A stretch of DNA of 36,602 nucleotides. Source: Nemertoderma westbladi (taxonomy: Eukaryota; Animalia; Xenacoelomorpha). Shown here one piece after another: positions 20,801 through 33,399 of the stretch (its first letter is position 1; every line of letters starts with the position of its first letter). The stretch is taken from positions 1 to 36,602 of the forward strand of contig JAUCBJ010008447.1 in assembly GCA_032718475.1 (NCBI GenBank), given 5' to 3'. Under the pieces are notes generated by a model. That model worked only from the letters and a program-made list of their open reading frames with translations. It had not been told where the DNA came from and searched no databases. A program made the position numbers and the translations under genes.

Positions 20801-23800
20801 AGTCGGTTCCTTATCGGGCCGCTAGGCCCGTCACTAGTTAGGAACCGAGAGGTTCATTACTGTAAGAATTGTTGGCTGATTGATTGACTGGCTGGTTAAT
20901 CTATAGCCAAAACTACTCTAACGATTTTGATGAAATTTTCACAGCGGCTGGATACCGCGATTCTAAGGTCCCTGGTATGTTCCGCTATTTCGTCCATGAG
21001 CCGTGGGCTCGAAAAATAGACATAAACGAAAAAACGCCATAGGCGCAATGGTAAAATAACACCAATAACAGCTGGTGTCGTGATGAAAAATGGCTTATGT
21101 AATGGATTTCTACACAAGGCTTAGTATAAATCGATGAGGTTGCCAAAATTATTGTACTTAGTACACCCATACTGTTTGTTTAGGCCCTAGGACACTCTGT
21201 CAAAGCAAACATTATTAACTGGTTGGTTTAGATTGAAATCTATTATCGCCTCAGCTGAATTACTCTTCCCAATGCATTCTATGAGAATATCTCACTCTGC
21301 TAATGTAAGCTGAATGACTTTAAGTACACAGTGTGTTGGCTACATTAATGCCAACATTATTGCAAAATGTTTTATTGTTGGATTACTCTCTGTCAGTCTT
21401 CCCTTCAGAACATTGTATAGGGAATTTACTTTAGTTTACTCTACTGTGCCATTCAGCTGAATGGATTTGGGCGATTGCCAAGTTACAGAGTTGGATCATT
21501 CTCTGACCATAGGCAAAGACAAATCTTTTTAAAAATATAATTTTTCCATGTTTTTTTTTCTGACCAAAAATTTCAAAAAAAATTTTTCGTAGCCAGTACT
21601 GCCAATCGATTCGCCATCAAAAATAACGCCAAAAAATTTTTTTGCAAAATTTTAAATTACTGTAAATTTTTGGCGACTGGGGGGGGGTCAATTTTTTTCG
21701 ATCCGCTATAACTCCGGAACGCTTTGTCCAAATACGATGGGGTTTTCATTTTTCAACTTAATTCAATGTCCTCTTTCAGCCTATCCATGTTTCGAAACCC
21801 CAAACACCGCCGTTCAAAAATAAATTTTTTCTCGTTCTAGAATTTTACAAATTTCAAAAAAGTTGCAGTATTTTATTAACGCCTTTACGGAATTCGATAG
21901 CGTTTTCGATTTTTATATTAAACGCAATATCCTGAATCTCACTAGCCTAGTTTCGCGTCACCAATGCCAAGACACTGTGCCATTCAACTGAATGGATTTG
22001 AGCGATTGCCAAGTTACAGAGTTGGATCATTCTCTGACCATAGGCAAAGGCAAATCTTGTTAAAATATACTTTTTCCATGTTTTTTTTTCTGACCAAAAA
22101 TTTCAAAAAAATTTTTTCGTAGCCAGTACTGCCAATCGATTCGCCATCAAAAATAACGCCAAAAAATTTTTTTGCAAAATTTTAAATTACTGTAAATTTT
22201 TGGCGACTGGGGGGGCTCAATTTTTTTCGATCCGCTATAACTCCGGAACGCTTTGTCCAAATTCGATGGGGTTTTCATTTTTCAACTTAATTCGATGTCC
22301 TCTTTCAGCCTATCCATGTTTCGAAACTCCAAACACCGCCGTTCAAAAATAAATTTTTTCTCGTTCTAGAATTTTACAAATTTCAAAAAAGTTGCAGTAT
22401 TTTATTAACGCCTTTACGGAATTCGATAGCGTTTTCGATTTTTATATTAAACGCAATATCCTGAATCTCACTAGCCTAGTTTCGCGTCACCAATGCCAAG
22501 ACTTCATACTTTTTGAGGAAAATTTTTCTAGAATAATTTTTATTTAATTACATTTATCGCGATTTCTTATTACTGGTTGCACATGAACTGATGGAGTTTT
22601 CAATTTATTAACTAAACACGATATCGCGCATCGCACCAGCGTGGTTTCGAAATTCCAAAACGAGGTCTTCACTAGTTGCAGGTCGATTTTGTTCTAGAAT
22701 TGAGCAACTAATAGTAGATCGAATTTATTAATAATTATTGTATGAAATATGATTGTATTTTTACATAATTATTAGTTCTATACTAATTCTCGTTGTCTCT
22801 TTTATTTAAAATAAAAAGTCGGTTCCTTATCGGGCCGCTAGGCCCGTCACTAGTTGGCTGATTGATTGATTGATTGATTGACTGGCTGGCTGGCTAATCT
22901 ACAGCCAAAACTACTCTAACGATTTTGATGAAATTTTCACAGCGGCTGGATACCTCGATTCTAAGGTCCCTGGTATGTTCCGCTATTTCGTCCATGAGCC
23001 GTGGGCTCGAAAAATAGAGATAAACAAAAAAACGCCATAGGCGCAATGGTAAAATAACACCAATGACAGCTGGTGTCCTGATGAAAAATGGCTTATGTAA
23101 TGCATTTATACACAAGGCTGAGTAATAAATCGATGAGGTTGCCAAGATTATTATACTTAGTACACCCATACTGTTTGTTTAGGCCCTGCACTCTCTGTCA
23201 AAGCAAACATTAACTGGTGGTTGGTTTAGTTTGAAATCTAATATCGCCTCAGCTGAATTACTCTTCCCAATGCAATCTATGGGAATATCTCACTCTGCTT
23301 ATGTAAGCTGAATGACTTAAGTACACAGTGTGTTGGCTACATTAATGCCAACATTATTGCAAAATGTTTTATTGTTGGATTACTCTCTGTCAGTCTCCCC
23401 TACAGAACATTTTATAGGGAATTTACTTTAGTTTACTCTACTGTGCCATTCAGCTGAATGGATTTGAGCGATTGCCAAGTTACAGAGTTGGATCATTCTC
23501 TGACCATAGGCAAAGACATCAAATCTTTTTAAAAATATACTTTTTCCATGTTTTTTTTTCTGACCAAAAATTTCAAAAAAAATTTTTTCGTAGACAGTAC
23601 TGCCAATCGATTCGCCATCAAAAATAACGCAAAAAATTTTTTTTGCAAAATTTTAAATTACTGTAAATTTTTGGCGATTGGGGGGGGGGGTAAATTTTTT
23701 TTCGAACCGCTATAATTCCGGAACGCTTTGTCCAAATTCGATGGGGTTTTCACTTTTCAACTTAATTCGATGTCCTCTTTCAGCCTATCCATGTTTCGAA

Positions 23801-24329
23801 ACCCCAAACAGCGCCGTTCAAAAATTAATTTTTTCTAGTTCTAAAATTTTACAAATTTCAAAAAAGTTGCAGTATTTTATAAACGCCTTTACGGAAATCG
23901 ATAGCGTTTTCGATTTTTATATTAAACGCAATATCCTGAATCTCACTAGCCTAGTTTCGCGTCACCAATGCCAAGACTTCATACTTTTTGAGGAAAATTT
24001 TTCTAGAATAATTTTTATTTAATTACATTTATCGCGATTTCTTATTACTGGTTGCACATGAATTGATGGAGTTTTCAATTTATTAACTAAACACGATATC
24101 GCGCATCGCACCAGCGTGGTTTCGAAATTCCAAAACGAGGTCTTCACTAGTTGCAGGTCGATTTTGTTCTAGAATTGAGCAACTAATAATAGATCGAATT
24201 TATTAATAATTATTGTATGAAATATGATTGTATTTTTACATAATTATTAGTTCTATACTAATTCTCGTTGTCTCTTTTATTTAAAATAAAAAGTCGGTTC
24301 CTTATCGGGCCGCTAGGCCCGTCACTAGT
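17831..24329 (+). mobile_element. Array of four ~1.49-kb non-autonomous Helentron/Helitron-type (HINE, DINE-1-like) elements
   Basis: Units 17854-19352, 19353-20838, 20839-22854 and 22855-24329. They show a 5' subTIR/hairpin AGGAACC-GAGA-GGTTC (units 1-3), a (GGCT/GATT)n microsatellite, a 3' subTIR TCGGTTCCT, a hairpin CGGGCC-GCTA-GGCCCG and the end TCACTAGT. Confidence 0.9.
21443..22502 (+). repeat. ~530-bp internal tandem duplication in HINE unit 3
   Basis: ACTGTGCCATTCA..CCAATGCCAAGAC at 21443-21973 and 21974-22502. Confidence 0.92.
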
Positions 24330-25189
24330 TTAATGTTGCATCGATGTCGAGGAATAATTTAATCATGAAATATTTTCATATAAACTACTAGCTACTAGCT
24401 ACTAGCTAACACCGGTAAATTTCAGTGTACATTATGTATACAATTATGGATGTAATTAACAGATAAGAATATGAAATATTACATTGTCTCTTAGCAACTA
24501 TGAAATATTCCAAGTGAAGATCAAGTAAATTTGAATTGATTTTACTTATGGATAGGGTTTAAGAAAATGGCTATAAAAAAAGTTGCCCAAGGTATGCTGC
24601 GGAGGACTTTCGATATTCTTAAAGAGCATAAATTTGCGCTACTAATTATACCAAATTTGGCTTGGTAACATTTTTTTCCGGGTACACCTAAAATTGCTCC
24701 TAAATCGACCAGACTATATGTTATGGGTACCCACTTTTTAAACAAATTGTTTCATATGAAAATGGCTTTTATCATGAGGTTTTTTGTTCTAGAACAAATA
24801 TTTAACTTTCTGCCAGTACGATGGTAGCTAGTAATTTTGATTTTGTATTAGCTAGTATTTTTTATTAGCTAGTTAAAAAAATTTTAATTGAAAAATTGAA
24901 AAAAAATTTACCACGTTTTTTCTTGTAAAAATTTATTTTATTATGAGGTTTTTATTATCTAGTACAAATATTTGACCTTCTGACAGTAAGATGGTAGCTA
25001 GTACTTTTGATTTTATGTTAGCTAGTACTATTTATTAGCTAGTAATGTAAGATATACCGGTAATTTAATTCTCAATTATATATTTGCATGGAATAATTTA
25101 TGAGTCATGGTGTAGCTAGTAATTTTTATTTGATAGTCAAAGTAGCTAGTAATTATTCACTAGCTAGTTTTTTATATTTTATACAAAAT

Positions 25190-25985
25190 ATAGGCAGATG
25201 TCAAAATATAGTTTTTACTTATTTTACTTATTTAGGCCTATTTTACTTATTACTAGATTTATTTATCTTTTTATTAATACACCATTTTGGTCAAAAATAT
25301 GTCGAAATTTTTTTTATCGTCTGTTATAATGCACCATTAAATGGAGTTTCCAAATCTGAAAACCGCTATTTAATAGCTCTTTTAGTTTTCAAGTTATAAC
25401 AATTTCAATTTAGGGATTCCTATAGAAATTACTATTACTATGTATAATGAAAGGTCGATTATCTCCAAATATTTTTTTCATGAAATTGTCAACTTCAAAA
25501 CCCTACTACTTCTACAATTTTTGAGTAATTAGTCTGAAACTTTCTGTGGGTGTCTACATAGCCACCCTGCATAAAAGTATCAGACAACTTTTCGAAATTA
25601 TTTGTTAATAAAATTTAATACTATTTATAACAAACCTAAAAATTTAGCCTAAATTTGCAGCGCCACCTAGCGGTGCAGAATTATTTTCACAAAATTTCGC
25701 CTGATAGTTATGTTGCCCCACCTTTGTTCTATCATATAAAAAAACTTTCATGTGATTAGGTTCAAAACTGTAAAAGCCTTAGGGTTTTAAGCGCAACCAA
25801 GTTTTTTTTATTGTTAACTAGTATTAACTAATATTAAATAGCGAAAAAAATTTTTTTTCTGACCTGTCATGTAGAATAGCATCTTAGGCACCTATATTCC
25901 AAATTATAGCCAAAACCAAACAATTTTGAAACGCTGAGAGTGATAAATCGAAGAGTTGTCCGAAAATGGTGTACCCCCCCCTTAA
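25190..25985 (-). mobile_element. Probable TTAA-type (Kolobok-like) non-autonomous insertion; left end unresolved
   Basis: Right end reads TTAA-GGGGGGGGTACACCATTTTCGG on the minus strand and interrupts the modular repeats of the MULE-like element. Confidence 0.35.
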
Positions 25986-26546
25986 TTGCGAGAATATATT
26001 GATGATATGGAAATTGTCTAAATAAAAGGGGCACTACAAAATTTCTTTTGTAATTTTAAGATCACTAGCTACCTTTAAAAACACTACCGTTAGCATAAGG
26101 TACGCTACCATAATAAAAAATAATAGCTAACCTCTCTCAGAAGGTGAAATAATTTATGTTCTAGAACAAAAAACCATCTTGATAATATCCATTAACATGG
26201 TCCAAAATATTATTTTGTAATTTTAAGATCACTAGCTACCTTAATAAAAAATAATAGGTAACCTCTCTCAGAAGGTGAAATTTATGTTCTAGAACGAAAA
26301 ACATCATGATAATATGCAATAACATGGTAAAAAAATTGATCAAAAATTAGGTACCAAAAATTTGGTTTTGTAATTTTAAAAATAGTAGCTACCTAAAAGA
26401 AATCACTAGCTACCATAAAAAAAAACAATAGCTAACGTCTAACAGAAGATGACATTAATGTTCTAAAAGAAAAAACCTCAAGATAATAGCCATTAACATG
26501 GTCAAATAAACGGTCAAAAAATGGGTACCCATAACATAGTAGTACC

Positions 26547-27000
26547 GGTCTCGCATATCCTGTATTTCTCCCTAGTACTGCCATGCTTTTGATTACCGCA
26601 TATAGTTAATTGGGTGGGGTCGTCTTTAGGAAATGACCCTTGGTGACGTGAGGCGATTTCGGACCTGAGCCTTTTAGTTGGACTTGGAACAGACTCATTT
26701 TCTTTTCCGTTGGTTTCCTCTATCACTTCCGGTTCTCTTTGTTTTTTTAGAAGTGTTTTCTTTAATGTGTATAATTTGTAACACTCATTGTTGCAATGAT
26801 ATACAAACTCAGAGTCTAATCCCAGATAATTTATCCTTTTCAAAACGATATCTTTTCGGATTTGTGCGGCTGCTATTATTTTCTTTCTACCTTCGGTTGT
26901 TCCGGTAACTGTGATATTATCCCCTGAACCCCCTAACCTAACTTGTTGACAGATAACACACCGAGAAGCATCACAAACAATTGATGTCCCAAAACCATCT
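26547..27000 (-). pseudogene. Academ B N-terminal coding remnant
   Basis: YHCNNECYKLYTLKKTL...ICGNQKHGSTREKYRICE; across the 9-bp TSD it continues in frame as TNRATTFLAATNFFKDEIYV at 16681-16615. Confidence 0.78.
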
Positions 27001-27477
27001 CGAATTAATGTTGTAGTTCTGCAAAGTTGTAGTCAACAACTTCCTTGTTGTCTCCCATTTGAAAAAAAACTGTTCGATGTTCAACAAGATAAATAATTAT
27101 ATTATTTATTATATGTACTGTACTTTTAACACCTTCTTTCTACATTATAAATAAAATAAGTAACAGAAATAATTAGCCTACATGGTTATGTTTATGGGGA
27201 CCCTGAAGTTCGGAAAATACCATTTAACGAACATGCTTTCTGTTTTTATGTTAAATTAATGATTTATGTTTAAAATAAATACTTAAAATGATGTTAAAAA
27301 TAAATACTTAAAATGATGTAACAAATTTTATTAATAGCTATAAATTAGTAGCTAGTATTCTAGAACACAATGTATTTACTTGCACAGCATAGAAAATATG
27401 TATAGGTAACATTATTACATGAAATAATTGGATCTTTTCACAATGTATTAAAAAACAGGTACTGTATATTTGGCTAG

Positions 27478-28238
27478 AGTTCCGTACGTCCCCCCATTTT
27501 TAAAATGACTTGAATTGCCTTGAAATGACTTGTATTGTCATTTAATATTATGGAATATATTTTTTCTACCTATAATATATACTATATATACAATATATAT
27601 ATATATATTATATATATTATATAGTATATATAGATAGTATATATATATATATTATTTTTAAAATGACTTGAATTGCCTTGAAATGACTTGTATTGTCATT
27701 TAATATTATGGAATATATTTTTTCTACCTATAATATATACTATATATACAATATATATATATATATTATATATATTATATAGTATATATAGATAGTATAT
27801 ATATATATATTATTTTTAAAATGACTTGAATTGCCTTGAAATGACTTGTATTGTCATTTAATATTATGGAATATATTTTTTCTACCTATAATATATACTA
27901 TATATACAATATATATATATATATATTATATATATTATATAGTATATATAGATAGTATATATATATATATTATTTTTAAAATGACTTGAATTGCCTTGAA
28001 ATGACTTGTATTGTCATTTAATATTATGGAATATATTTTTTCTACCTATAATATATACTATATATACAATATATATATATATTATATATATTATATAGTA
28101 TATATAGATAGTATATATATATACTATATATATACTATCTATATATACTATATACTAATATTTGATTAGTGTCGCTCAAGAAACATGGTGTTATGGTATA
28201 GTAAAAAAATCTCGCAAAATGGGGGGACGTACGGAACT
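27478..28238. mobile_element. MITE-like inverted-repeat element containing a minisatellite
   Basis: Perfect 23-bp IR AGTTCCGTACGTCCCCCCATTTT (27478-27500; 28216-28238); no clear TSD. Confidence 0.65.
27497..28160 (+). repeat. Four ~159-bp tandem units with (TA)n-rich tails
   Basis: TTTTAAAATGACTTGAATTGCCTTGAAATGACTTGTATTG at ~27497, 27656, 27814 and 27973. Confidence 0.95.
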
Positions 28239-28711
28239 GTTCCCGTATATTATGTGGCGTATAACGCAAAAATTCGCTGGTATGTTTTACCACTTTCACC
28301 ACAATTTTTAAAGTGTATTATTATGTTACGTTGGAAACTGTCCTAGTAAATACTCAAATCGCCACAATTTTTGAAATTGTGAACAGCTCACGGACGCACA
28401 AAACAAATGGCTATAAAAAACTTACGCCCAGGAACCAGAAAGTCTACCCAAGTTTTTTTCACCCACATATGTATGTCCAACTAGGATTCGGTGAGAAACC
28501 CCGTCCACCCCAAAATTCCTACGGGGTCTAAAGCCAGGGACTGGAGTAAAGTGCATGGTGTTGTTATTTGAGAAATAATACATGTAACGTATTTACAGTT
28601 AGCTATAACATTTCTAGAACATAGTTACTATGTGAAAGATTGACTATTTACTTAAAATTTTCCACGTTCATGATAAAAGTCTCTAATTTCGTTGACGATG
28701 TTCTTTACATG

Positions 28712-29850
28712 TTGTTTCAGAAACTTCATGAGTATGGCGTACAAGGCCACTTAGCGCAGTGGATACAAGGTTTCCTGACAGATCGGTCCCAGCGTGTCAG
28801 GGTAGATGGTGTTCTCAGTACTCCTATAGCTGTTAGCAGTGGTGTGCCCCAAGGAACTGTCACTGCAGCCATTCTCTTTCTTGCTTATGTCAATGATGTG
28901 CCTTCCATTGTTTCATCCCTGTGCAAGATTTTCGTTGATGACACTAAACTCTACAGGGACATACATGATGCAACTGACATACAGGCCTTACAGACTGATC
29001 TTGATAGACTAGTTGAATGGTGTAACCGCTGGAAATTGCGTTTCAATGATTCCAAGTGTAAGGTGATGCATCTAGGTTCTAGAAATCCCAAAGCTACTTA
29101 TACAATGAATGGACAGTCACTTTCAACAGTAACCGAGGAACGTGATTTGGGTATAACATTCACATCAGACATGTCCTTCACAACTCACTGCTCACAGACA
29201 GCAGCCCGCGCCATGCGAGTCGTCCATCTAATACGTAGAACCTTTACCTTTTTAGAAGCTCCAATGTTCACCCTGTTGTACAAATCCCTTGTACGGCCTC
29301 TCCTCGAATATGGTACAGAAGTCTGGTCGCCGTACCTTCAGCGTGATATTGACACCCTTGAACAAGTGCAACACCGTGCCACTCGCCTAGTCCCTTCTCT
29401 GACTGACCTGACATGAAAACCGACTTAGGGCACTCAAATTACCAACATTAATATATCGACGTGTACGAGCAGACCTTATAACAACATACAAGTTTATTCA
29501 CTGGATTGACAATATCGGACGAAGTAATTTCTTTCAATTTCGTACTGAACTTCACCAGTACTCAACACGGGGATCCTCCTTGGCACTGTATAAACGATCG
29601 AACTGTAGGACTCAAAGAAGATGCAACAACTTCGCGGATAGGGTGGTCAACATTTGGAACATTTTACCGGACTGTGTTGTAAATGCACGTAATGCCCTTG
29701 GTATTCCATGTTTGAATGCGTTCAAAAATAGACTAGACTGTGAAATGTCCCGAAAATGAATATATACAGCGACACTCCTGTGCGCCAAGTGGCAGTAGCA
29801 AACTTTACCCTACAGAGATATCTTTATTAGACACTTCGGTTAAATCTTTA
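28712..29850 (+). mobile_element. 5'-truncated CR1-clade LINE (RT domains 4-7 and thumb; frameshift near 29413)
   Basis: KLHEYGV..WIQGFLTDRSQRVRV, SGVPQGTV, IFVDDTKLY, KCKVMHLG, ERDLG, LYKSLVRPLLEY..WSP; continues RLRALKLPTLIYRRVRADL in another frame. Confidence 0.92.
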
Positions 29851-32800
29851 TATATATATCCTTTTTTTTAAATTTAATTTAATATTAATACCCCCTGTAT
29901 ATCTTATTTATGTCCCTTGTTAGTCTGTATAGTCCGTATTGGTAGCCTATAATTATTTTTGAGAACATTACTTGCAAATATTTTTAGCTATATTTTTAGT
30001 ATTTTCACATATTTTTAATGTAATTATATTTGAGATCATTATTATTTGTAATTATTTTAAACCATTCTGTATTGGCGTAATTATTATATTTGAGAACATT
30101 AATTGTAATTATTTGTAGCTACTGTACCTACTATCTCTACACAACATTATTTGAAATTATTTTTGAACACCGTTAACATTTTGTAAGTAAGACAAACATA
30201 TTGTAAATATACCCTTTTTTAGCAACTACTTTACAGTATATAAATGTCAGCTATGTATATTTTATTCTCATTTTAAAATTACCTTGTCGGTTTTACTTAT
30301 TTTTACTTAGAGGGGGAGGGTAGCTACCCAAAATATAACTTTTCATTACAATTGATTTGATTATGTACGTACTGTAAACTTGCCATTTTACATTCACTTT
30401 ACAAATACTGTAGGCCTAAATAATATTCGTATATTTTTAATTATTACAATGTGATATTTATATCTTCATATACGCTGATTAGCGTACTTTTGCCAGATAT
30501 GTGTGTATGCAGTATGTCTAAATTTAAAGGTGCAATCATGAACTTATTGTTACTCTGGCGTCATTAATAACATAACATAACATACATCGAATGTATTTTA
30601 TAATATTAAACAGGGAAATCTTCATTATTTATGAAATGTTTGTTAACGAAATTAATCAATGATAGATTGAACAACGTAATGCTACAAGTTTTAAGAATTA
30701 ATATCAAGATTTGACTGTGAATGGTCTCACAGTTAGGCAATGTCATCTACGAGTTAAATATAAAAAAATTTTAATTCCTAAGTCCTTGTTGTACGTTATT
30801 ACCAAAAATTGTTTACTGTAAGAAAAAATTACAATTTTAAGTTCACTCAACCCATCGATATCAATGTCATCCTCTCAACTACAGCTTTGGATACCCTTCG
30901 AAATGGATTCTACGTAAAATTTTACATATATAGTGAAAAAATGGTGCTTTCCTCACCTTTGTCGTGATTTTTACCCTAAGCCACCTGACTATACGATGAT
31001 ATGTGGATGTGGACTGATTACTGTAGTAATTACGATTTTTAAAACAATGTAATTTACCTATTTAAGAATATAATAGAGCATATTATGCTCTATTATATTC
31101 TTAAATAAATTAACTATATATATATATATATAAGCTTTCCCACTATTAGGGCCACCTTTTAAAGGTCCAATGGCCCTTAAATGGCCTTGGGCTTGGAGCA
31201 GTGGCCCTAATCCTACTACGATGGCCCAAAAGGTACACGTCCTCTTAGGGCAAATATGGCCCACCTAGAACAAAATGGCCCAATCTAGGCATAATGGCCC
31301 AAAATAAACAATTACAAAGAAATTGCCTTTAGTTCTTATGAATTTAACTTGCACCCCTAGCGGTAAACAATAGTATTTATTATCAATTTAATTCTACAGC
31401 CAAAAATGCCTTTGCAGATATTTTAAAAAATATATATATCTACAATAACGCATACAATTCACTTTTGTGTAATTTCTGATTATGGGTTGTACAATAAGTA
31501 GTTTTTAGACGATTTTAAGTCTTTCGTTATAGATAATAATAATCACTTATGACCGACAGTCAAAAACGCGGATGTGATTTCTCGAGTTAATGGCGCAAAG
31601 TGACCGGAAACACAAAATATGTGTTTTTGAGATGATTTAAAAAATTAATTTATTTAAATTTCAAACATTAGTGGCGGTGTTTTCTACCCAAAACAATAAA
31701 CAATACCTTTTCACTAATGGTCAATTTGCGCCACTATTTGGATGTCTCAGCCGTTTGAAGATCGAAACTTGTGCAAACAAAATATGTTAAATTGTAAATA
31801 ACAATACTGTAAATAACAACTGGTTTTAATAAATTCTCACTGACAAGCGATTAAAATTTGTGCTTTTTTAAGAAATAATGTATGACCGTTCGGTACCTCT
31901 AGGAAGGATAACTTATCACTATTTCGCATACTATACACTTCATTATTAACATTTTGTCATTGGTGGGGGGGGATTAGTTTATATTTATCTTACGACCCCT
32001 ACGAATTTTATGGTTGCTCATTTATACATTTTAATCATGTACTATATCGAATATAAGTGAAATTTATTGACAGGTACACTGGTACACAGTATTAATTATA
32101 CATTTTAATCTAATTAAAGTTTATTGGAAGTTATCTCCTGCTTGGATGTGATAAATCATTAATCCATCTTGACTATAGTCGACTGAAGCAAACTTATTCA
32201 CCGTCTGTGTCCGTACAGTTTTACTGAACACTGTCGTCACTTTCTTTGGTTAATTTAATGTCTTCTATTGGACGTTTCGCCATAATGGATTACAGTACAT
32301 GTTAAACAATTATTTACATCCAGTAGCTAGTCCCGTCACTGCAAATTGGATAATAAAGCTGCAATCATTAACTTAAATGGAAATAATACATTCTGGAATA
32401 CAGTAATTGAAGTTGTTTCCATGTCATTGATTACTTTGCAACGTTCCGTCCTATAGGCCGCAACGCTGCAAAGTAGTACTTTGCAGCGTTATGAGTAATT
32501 CACCAGAACGCTGTTAAGTTGACATAATGTAACAAAATATATTGTAACTATAACTTGTATAACTATTATTACGGTATTATAACTATAACTTGTAACTGTA
32601 AATATTTTTATTTTTAGATAATCTAAATAATATTTGTCATTTGGGTGGCTCCAAGGGGACATTGTCTTGTAAGAACCATTATATTTTTTAGTGGCCCTTT
32701 ATGAACAGTGACTAATTAAGGCCATTTCGAACTTTTGGCTCAAATGGAACATGGTCTTGCATGGGCCATTGCCTTTTCAAAGGCGTTTGATAAAAATTGG

Positions 32801-33399
32801 CTAATATCGGGCCACATTATAGTTGAGTGGCTCCAAGCGACACTATCCAATATGGGCCATTTCAGATTTGAGTGGCTTTAAGGGAAAATTGCCTAATATA
32901 TATGAAATATATTTCATATTTAAGTGGCTCTAATGGACAATGTCTTGTAAGAGCCATTTCATTTTTTGGTGGCCCTTTATGAACAGTGTCCAATAGAGGT
33001 CATTTTGAATTTTAGTGGCTCCAATGGAATATTGTATTGCATGGGACAATCCTTTTTAAAGGTTTTTATAAATATATTCAAATTAAATTAAACAGTATTA
33101 GATAAAGCGGTTTTTTTGTGAGAGAAATCCAGAAGTCCAATTTTTTCTTTTGAAAAATAGCTTTTATCATGAGGTTTTTATTCTAGAACATTTGACATTT
33201 TGACAGTAAGATTGTAGCTAGAAATTTTGATTTTGTGTTAGCTAATACTTTTTATTAGCTAGTGAAACAATAAAAATTTTAAATTTAAAAAAAAATTTCT
33301 TGTTGAAATTACTTTAATCATTGCTTTTATTATTTATTAGCTACCATAAATTTTACTAGATATCATGATAATTTAATTGAAAAATTTCCAAAATTTTAA

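Larger units (their letters stand above)
16693..24716 (-). mobile_element. Academ DNA transposon D (heavily deleted)
   Basis: TIRs TAGTCTGGTCGAT..TGTACCCGGAAAAAAATGTTACCAAGC (from 16693; ~24650-24716), 3-bp TSD TAT, internal transposase fragment. Confidence 0.88.
16682..26546. mobile_element. Non-autonomous Mutator/foldback-like element
   Basis: 9-bp TSD GGTCTCGCA (16673-16681; 26547-26555); TIR GGTACTACTATGTTATGGGTACCCA, with the left copy split by Academ D; arms built of TAGCTA/TTCTAGAAC modular repeats in opposite orientations. Confidence 0.85.
14702..28545 (-). mobile_element. Academ (XPG-type) DNA transposon B, internally deleted
   Basis: Imperfect TIRs TCCAGTCCCTGGC..CCCGTAGGAAT..GGTGGACG..GTTTCTCAC (14702-14756; 28491-28545; similarity extends to ~140 bp); 4-bp TSD GTAA (14698-14701; 28546-28549). 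Confidence 0.88.
10179..30991 (-). mobile_element. Academ DNA transposon A (degenerate; hosts the nested stack)
   Basis: ~160-bp TIRs TAGTCARGTGGCTTAGGGT.. (10179-~10340; ~30840-30991), 3-bp TSD TAC (10176-78; 30992-94), and internal Academ transposase remnants. Confidence 0.88.

Noticed and set aside
18015-24022. Recurrent 60-115 aa ORFs in the 1.49-kb units
   Set aside because: They recur only because the DNA is repeated; they have no domains, use non-ATG starts and are disrupted in some units.
28640-28711. First 24 aa of the ORF 28640-29416
   Set aside because: Upstream of the LINE 5' truncation point; fortuitously open flank.
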